Shown: piece after piece, positions 59,030 through 64,000 of the stretch
Layout: each line of letters begins with the position of its first letter
Numbering within the stretch: position 1 is the first letter of the stretch
From: Candidatus Latescibacterota bacterium
GTDB taxonomy: Bacteria; Latescibacterota; UBA2968; UBA8231
DNA length: 64,000 nucleotides
Direction of reading: 5' to 3'
Assembly: GCA_964291625.2 (NCBI GenBank)
Contig: OZ220089.1
Location: forward strand, 1,696,001-1,760,000
Translations under genes and position numbers: made by a program
Notes under the pieces: generated by a model
What the model was told of the DNA's origin: nothing
The model's input: only the letters and a program-made list of their open reading frames with translations
The model's database searches: none

Positions 59030-61483
59030 TCAGGGGACCGGCTGCGTGGCCGGCGGAGCCTCGTCGACGCGGACGTCCCAGCCCTGCACGTCGACGCCGC
59101 CGTTGCGGTTCTGGACGCGGATCGTCACCGTGTGGGTGCTCACGTCGGCCGGCCCGGGGGCCAGGGTCATGACCCCCGTCTCCCGGTCGAGGCTGATGAA
59201 GGGCGGGGCCTCGTCGAGGATGAACAGCAGCTCGTCGCCGTCCCGGAAGGCCGCCTGGTAGCGCCCGCCGGCCCCCGGGTCCTCCTGCTTCTCCGGATCG
59301 GTGATCGCGCGCAGATCGCCGATGGAGCGGATCGCCCTCACCCGGTACTGGAGGCGTTCACCGGCCGCCATGGCCGTCGGCGGGGTCGAGTAGATGAACG
59401 GCCGCGGTGCCTCCACGTAGTCCGAGGGGCCGCTGCGGACGCCGTCGGCGTCGACGGCGACGACCCGGTAGAAGCCGCGGTTGCCGGCCTCCGGCGAAAT
59501 CCCGGCGCCGGCGACGACGATCGACGTGTCGCCGCTGGCCGCCAGCCGGTTGCCCGGGACATGCCGGGACTCGGCGCCGTCGAAGACGGCGTAGGAGTCG
59601 GCGCTGGCCGTGAAGCCGCGCTCGTCGCTGCCGTAGATCTCGTAGCTCCGGGGCGGCGTCCCCTCTTCGGCGGGGCGCCAGCGAAGGGTGATCGACCGCG
59701 CCTCCCAGTCGGTGGCCAGCTCCAGGTCCCGGGGCACGCCCGGCGCCCTCGGGGTGAAGCTCCAGACCTCGCTCCAGGGGCCCCAGAGGCCATCGGCGCT
59801 GCGCGCCCGGACCCGCCAGTAGTAGCGCTCGCCCGCGTTCAGCAGCCCCTCGAAGGGGACCTGCCAGCGGGCCTCGCCCGCGGCCGGAGTCTTCGACGAG
59901 AGCTTCTCGAAGACGGGCGACAGGATGCGGCGCATGTCGGGATGGCGGGACAGCTCGAAGTGGTAGTCCTCGGCCTCCGGCACCGGCTCCCAGCGGAACT
60001 CGACCTGCGTTCCCGCCACCTCGGCGCCCGCCAGCGGATGAAGGGCCTTCGCCGGAGGCGGGGGAGGCGCCAGGTCGTGCCGCTCCTGCCAGGCGTGGAC
60101 GACGCGCACCCGGCGCGGGCCCGGGCTCTCGTCGGTGTAGACGATCTCGTTGGCCCCCAGCTCGAGGGCCGGCAGCGACAGGGGCGCCATCTGCAGGTCG
60201 GACTCGATCTCGAGGGAGGCGATGCCGCCGCCGGAACCGCGCAGCCGCAGGCGGTAGTCGTAGCACGCCTCTAGCCGCGGCAAGCCGTCCTCGAGGGCGA
60301 ACTCGCCGTCCCCGCGGATGTCCGCCAGGTGGGTCCAGCCCTCCTCGCCCTCGCGGGCCAGCTCCAGGCTCCAGGGGCCGCTCTCCGGCGCCATCTGCAG
60401 GCGCACGCGCCCTCCCACGAAGACGTAGGGGCTGCGCAGGCGGTAGACGACGCTCCCCTCCTCCTGCGGGTCGAGGACCCTCAGCCCGTCGTCCCCGGCC
60501 TCCAGGTTCGCCGACGCCTCCGTCCAGCGCCCGAAGGCGGAGTCCAGCCGCGGCCGGTAGTGCAGGCGGCCGTTGGCCAGCCGCGGCGGCGGCCGCTCGG
60601 AGAGTCCGTGGTAGCGCCCCCGGTCGGCCCACTCCCAGCGCAGCCCCTCGCCCGGCCGCAGGGTGATCTCCATGCGGTGGCCGCCGATGTAGGGCCGGCC
60701 TCCCGACCGCGGTCCGAGGTAGCAGAACAGGGAGGCGGAGAACTCGTTCGTCCGGCGGTCCTCGGCGGCCAGGATGCCGTAGGCGTGGGAGCGCTTCATC
60801 AGGTCGTGGTCGCGCGAGATCTCGGCCTCGCCGGCCACCGTGCGGTTGTCGCGCATGAGCACCAGCAGGTGCTCGTCGCTGTCGAGGAGGTGGTAGGCGC
60901 CGTCGAAGAACACCTCGGTGGTGCAGTGGCCGTGGGGCAGGCCGCGGCGGATCTTCAGCCCCGCCCGCTGCCACAGGTTGGACATGGTGTAGGCCGCGTC
61001 CCAGCACAGGGTGTAGCCGTAGACGTTGAGCATCTTCACCGTGTCCTTCACCTCGTCCGTGCCCGGCGTCGAGTGGTAGCGCCGCCGCCGGGCGAACTCC
61101 CAGATGGCGCGCGCCTTCTGCGCCTCCGTCATCTCCGGCTCGAGGATCCCCGAGAGGATGTGGTCCATCGAGCGCCAGTCGCGCCGGCCGTCGACGAGGA
61201 CCCAGGGATTCACGACCTCGTCGTCGCCCACGTTCTCCATCAGGACGTAGCGGTTCGGCTCCCACGCCTGTCCGTAGACGCCGTAGCCGACGGGGTCGCG
61301 GGTGTTGGCCCCGTCCACGGTGCCGCCCATGTCGATGCGCCAGGCCTGGCGCGCCCGGGTCACGATCTGCTCTTGCTCGAAGTCGAGGGGCCCCGCCTCG
61401 CCGCTCGCCCCGGCGGCGACACCGAGGGCCACGGCCGAGGCCACCAGGCCGGGGGCCTTGGGGTCGGTCTGCGACTCTCTCAT
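59030..61483 (-). CDS. Secreted transglutaminase-like protein with FN3/Ig domains
   Basis: Signal-like N-terminus; YGYTLCWD...HGHCTTEVFFDGAYHLLD (Cys-His-Asp); YYWRVRA...WGPWS (FN3). Confidence 0.65.
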   Translation of the reverse strand: MRESQTDPKAPGLVASAVALGVAAGASGEAGPLDFEQEQIVTRARQAWRIDMGGTVDGANTRDPVGYGVYGQAWEPNRYVLMENVGDDEVVNPWVLVDGRRDWRSMDHILSGILEPEMTEAQKARAIWEFARRRRYHSTPGTDEVKDTVKMLNVYGYTLCWDAAYTMSNLWQRAGLKIRRGLPHGHCTTEVFFDGAYHLLDSDEHLLVLMRDNRTVAGEAEISRDHDLMKRSHAYGILAAEDRRTNEFSASLFCYLGPRSGGRPYIGGHRMEITLRPGEGLRWEWADRGRYHGLSERPPPRLANGRLHYRPRLDSAFGRWTEASANLEAGDDGLRVLDPQEEGSVVYRLRSPYVFVGGRVRLQMAPESGPWSLELAREGEEGWTHLADIRGDGEFALEDGLPRLEACYDYRLRLRGSGGGIASLEIESDLQMAPLSLPALELGANEIVYTDESPGPRRVRVVHAWQERHDLAPPPPPAKALHPLAGAEVAGTQVEFRWEPVPEAEDYHFELSRHPDMRRILSPVFEKLSSKTPAAGEARWQVPFEGLLNAGERYYWRVRARSADGLWGPWSEVWSFTPRAPGVPRDLELATDWEARSITLRWRPAEEGTPPRSYEIYGSDERGFTASADSYAVFDGAESRHVPGNRLAASGDTSIVVAGAGISPEAGNRGFYRVVAVDADGVRSGPSDYVEAPRPFIYSTPPTAMAAGERLQYRVRAIRSIGDLRAITDPEKQEDPGAGGRYQAAFRDGDELLFILDEAPPFISLDRETGVMTLAPGPADVSTHTVTIRVQNRNGGVDVQGWDVRVDEAPPATQPVP

Positions 61484-63630
61484 CAGTAGGCCACGGCGAT
61501 GGCGCCGGAGTGAACGCGGGTCGACGCGTCCGTCTCGAGGTGGATCCGGAAGAGGTAGAGTCCCGGCGGCACCATCCGGCCGTCGTCGTCGCGTCCGTCC
61601 CACTCGGGCTCGGGGATGCTCCTCCCGGAGAGTCCCCGGCGGACCTCGCGCTCCTCGAGCCGGCGCACGAGGCGGCCCCCCAGGTCGTGGATGTCGACGG
61701 TGAGCCGGCGCGGCACCGTCAGCTCGTGGACGCGGAACTGCAGATGGGCGACGTCGTTGATCCCGTCGCCGTTCGGGCTGAAGGGATTCGGCGAGGCCCG
61801 CACCACGGCGAGGGGGGAGGCGCCCAGATCCGAGGTCCGCACGCCGAGGGTGTTGCCGGGATAGGCCACGGTGGCGTCGCCCTCGGTCACCTGCTGGCGC
61901 ACGCCGCCGCCCTCGGTGTCGAAGATCCAGCCGTCGAACCGGGTGCCGTAGCGCACGACCTGGGAATCGAACTCCACCTCGATGAGCTTGAAGCTGTCCC
62001 GGGCGTCTCGCAGGGGGGGCAGGCTGACGAGGAACCCGTCGTCGGCGATCTCCACGGCGCCGGTCAGGTCGATGGCGGCGCCGTCGACGCGCACGGCGCG
62101 GACCGAGTCGACCCGGGTCAGGGTGAAGACCTCGAGCCGGTCGAATCCCTGGCCGTCCTCCAGCGTCGGGAGGACGCTGTAGGTGAAGGTCGTCGCCTCG
62201 GTCCTCGGCACGTCGAGGGGCCAGATCTCGGCGACCACCCGGGCCGCCGAGGGGCGGCCGAACTGGATCTCCAGGTCCCGCAGCCGCACCGTCTGCTGCA
62301 GGGGTGACTCGAAGACCATGTGCAGCTGCAGGAAACGGGCCGGACCGGGGGAGCGGATCGGCGTTCCGTCGAGCCACGATTCGGCGCTCACCGTGGTGTC
62401 CCGCAGGCCCTCCTCCCAGGAGTACGGCGCCGACCAGTAGCTCCAGCGCTCGTCGAGGGTGGTGAAGCGATTGACGATGTCGGCCCGGTCGAACTGCTCG
62501 CGGGTCAGTTCCTCGTCGACCCCGAGGACCTCTGTCGGGATCCAGTAGCGGTCCGGGTCGGAGTCGGATCCGGAACGGGTGCGGACGATGATCCGCGCAT
62601 TCGGGTCGTGGTCGCCGCGCCAGCGCATCCGGCCCCAGGCCATGGGCTCGCCGAAGTCGAGGACGGCGGTGGTGTACACCGCCCGCGGCACGAAGCCCTC
62701 GCCGAAGACCTGGAACTCGGCCATCTCCCAGTTGGCGATGGGGTCCACGGGCCGGAAGGCGATCCACTGCAGCGGACGGGTCGGGAAACGGAGGTCGACG
62801 ACGACGTCGAAGTTCTCCCGCTCCAGGCGCAGGAGGGTGAGCTGTGGATCGGACTGCGGGTTCGACCAGCGGATGTACTGAAACCAAGGCTGGCCGCCGC
62901 CCCGCCAGAAGCAGTGGCCGGCGAAGTTGGCGGAGTTGGGCGCCACGGAGATCTCGTACCAGGGGAGGGTGTTGAGGGAGAAGTCCTGGTCGCCGAGGTC
63001 CTCCGGCTTCAGGCGCGGGGGATCCATATCGGCCAGGATCTGTTCGAGCTTGGGGTTCTCCCGGCCGATGCGCGGGAAGAAGCGGACGCGGTTGATGGGG
63101 AAGTCGGCGCCCAGATCGACGATCGTGTTCTGCACGTAGAACTGGGCCCTGACGTTCGGGTCCTCGCTGGCGCTGGCGCGGAAGAAGGCGGCCGTCTTCG
63201 GGTCGCCGTCGAAGATGGGCCGCACCACGACGACGGCGGAGACGATGTTGTTGCAGCCGCTGATGGCGATGTTGTGCAGGATGCCGTGCTTGATGCGGTC
63301 GCGCACGCCGTCCTGGGCCAGATTCAGAGTGTCGGGCAGGAAGAAGGGGCGCAGCCACTGGCCGCCGGTGCTGTCGACGGATACGGCCAGGGTCTCGCGC
63401 CACGTGGGGTACGAGGTCTGGGTGCCCACGGCCACCCGGCGGGTGCCCAGGCCGTCGCGGCCGGCGACGATGTAGTCGCCCGGCTCGGAGGAGACCGCCG
63501 CGCTCCACGGGTTGGGCTGCTCCCCCCCGAGGCCGTAGACGTTGTAGCCGTGGGCGGGGACCCCGGAAACCAGGACGGCGGCGGCGAGCAGCCAGGCGCC
63601 CGCGCTCCGTTGGCAGAGTGTCCCGAACAT
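61483..63630 (-). CDS. Secreted protein with a C-terminal FlgD-Ig/secretion-tail domain
   Basis: Signal peptide; C-terminal PNPFSPNGDGIND...DIHDLGGRLVRRL...WDGRDDDGRMVPPGLYL. Confidence 0.75.
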   Translation of the reverse strand: MFGTLCQRSAGAWLLAAAVLVSGVPAHGYNVYGLGGEQPNPWSAAVSSEPGDYIVAGRDGLGTRRVAVGTQTSYPTWRETLAVSVDSTGGQWLRPFFLPDTLNLAQDGVRDRIKHGILHNIAISGCNNIVSAVVVVRPIFDGDPKTAAFFRASASEDPNVRAQFYVQNTIVDLGADFPINRVRFFPRIGRENPKLEQILADMDPPRLKPEDLGDQDFSLNTLPWYEISVAPNSANFAGHCFWRGGGQPWFQYIRWSNPQSDPQLTLLRLERENFDVVVDLRFPTRPLQWIAFRPVDPIANWEMAEFQVFGEGFVPRAVYTTAVLDFGEPMAWGRMRWRGDHDPNARIIVRTRSGSDSDPDRYWIPTEVLGVDEELTREQFDRADIVNRFTTLDERWSYWSAPYSWEEGLRDTTVSAESWLDGTPIRSPGPARFLQLHMVFESPLQQTVRLRDLEIQFGRPSAARVVAEIWPLDVPRTEATTFTYSVLPTLEDGQGFDRLEVFTLTRVDSVRAVRVDGAAIDLTGAVEIADDGFLVSLPPLRDARDSFKLIEVEFDSQVVRYGTRFDGWIFDTEGGGVRQQVTEGDATVAYPGNTLGVRTSDLGASPLAVVRASPNPFSPNGDGINDVAHLQFRVHELTVPRRLTVDIHDLGGRLVRRLEEREVRRGLSGRSIPEPEWDGRDDDGRMVPPGLYLFRIHLETDASTRVHSGAIAVAY

Positions 63631-63714
63631 GACGGAGTTAGGGTACGAACCCCCCGAAGCGGCCCGCAACCGGATCGCCGCGGTCCCGCTCGAGGTCCGC
63701 CGCCCCGGCCGGTC

Positions 63715-64000
63715 TCACCAGCTCATGACCGGGTTGCCGCTGGTGCCGGTGAAGTGGTCGATGACGTACCACACCCCGGCGGTGACGAACTGCCCCAGGA
63801 TGAGGCCGAGGAAGAAGGGCCGGGTGCGCAGGTACAGCCCCGGACCGCCGTATCGCAGGACCACCGTCTTGAACAGCCAGGCGAGGAAGACGGAGAAGAA
63901 CATGGTGCCGAAGACGGCGCTGATGGGGAAGCCGAGGTGGTGGAAGGGCCACCACAGCCAGTGGTGGCGGGCCCACATGAGGAAGCCCATGAGGCCGCCG
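63715..64000 (-). CDS. DUF6785/DUF6784-type membrane protein, C-terminal part (starts beyond the window)
   Basis: WWPFHHLGF...FLAWLFK..VLRYGG..LY...RPFFLGLILG motif. Confidence 0.6.
   Translation of the reverse strand, partial: GGLMGFLMWARHHWLWWPFHHLGFPISAVFGTMFFSVFLAWLFKTVVLRYGGPGLYLRTRPFFLGLILGQFVTAGVWYVIDHFTGTSGNPVMSW

Overview
Very GC-rich bacterial DNA; the gene repertoire (FlgD-Ig-tailed secreted proteins, DUF6784-type protein, beta-barrel SppA) suggests an FCB-group organism such as Ca. Latescibacterota, but this is inference only. Left to right: (1) a minus-strand aromatic amino-acid superoperon (trpE-trpG-trpD-trpC-trpS-chorismate mutase-tyrA-aroA-like-small ORF-aroE-argS) preceded by a sigma70 promoter and a complete Trp attenuator (leader with WWWxxW); its aroA homolog has lost most catalytic residues. 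(2) A ~6.5 kb island of visibly lower GC, the best candidate for a novel system: a metallo-beta-lactamase-fold protein ending in a Gly tail, an E2-E1-JAB ubiquitin-like conjugation fusion and a patatin phospholipase, divergent from an HTH-Zn-peptidase and a PIN nuclease, with no cyclic-nucleotide cyclase. (3) A tsaC-like/sppA/SelA-like/asparaginase/Tat-aminotransferase operon. (4) A Pho locus: pstSCAB-phoU-phoB-phoR, divergent from a porin, a TonB-dependent receptor and a secreted protein, with 11-bp-phased Pho-box-like repeats. (5) A glycosyltransferase/MMPL/flippase cluster, possibly for glycolipids. (6) Sugar-active hypothetical and secreted proteins. No tRNA, rRNA, CRISPR array, integrase or transposase was seen. 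Two genes carry single-base frameshifts.
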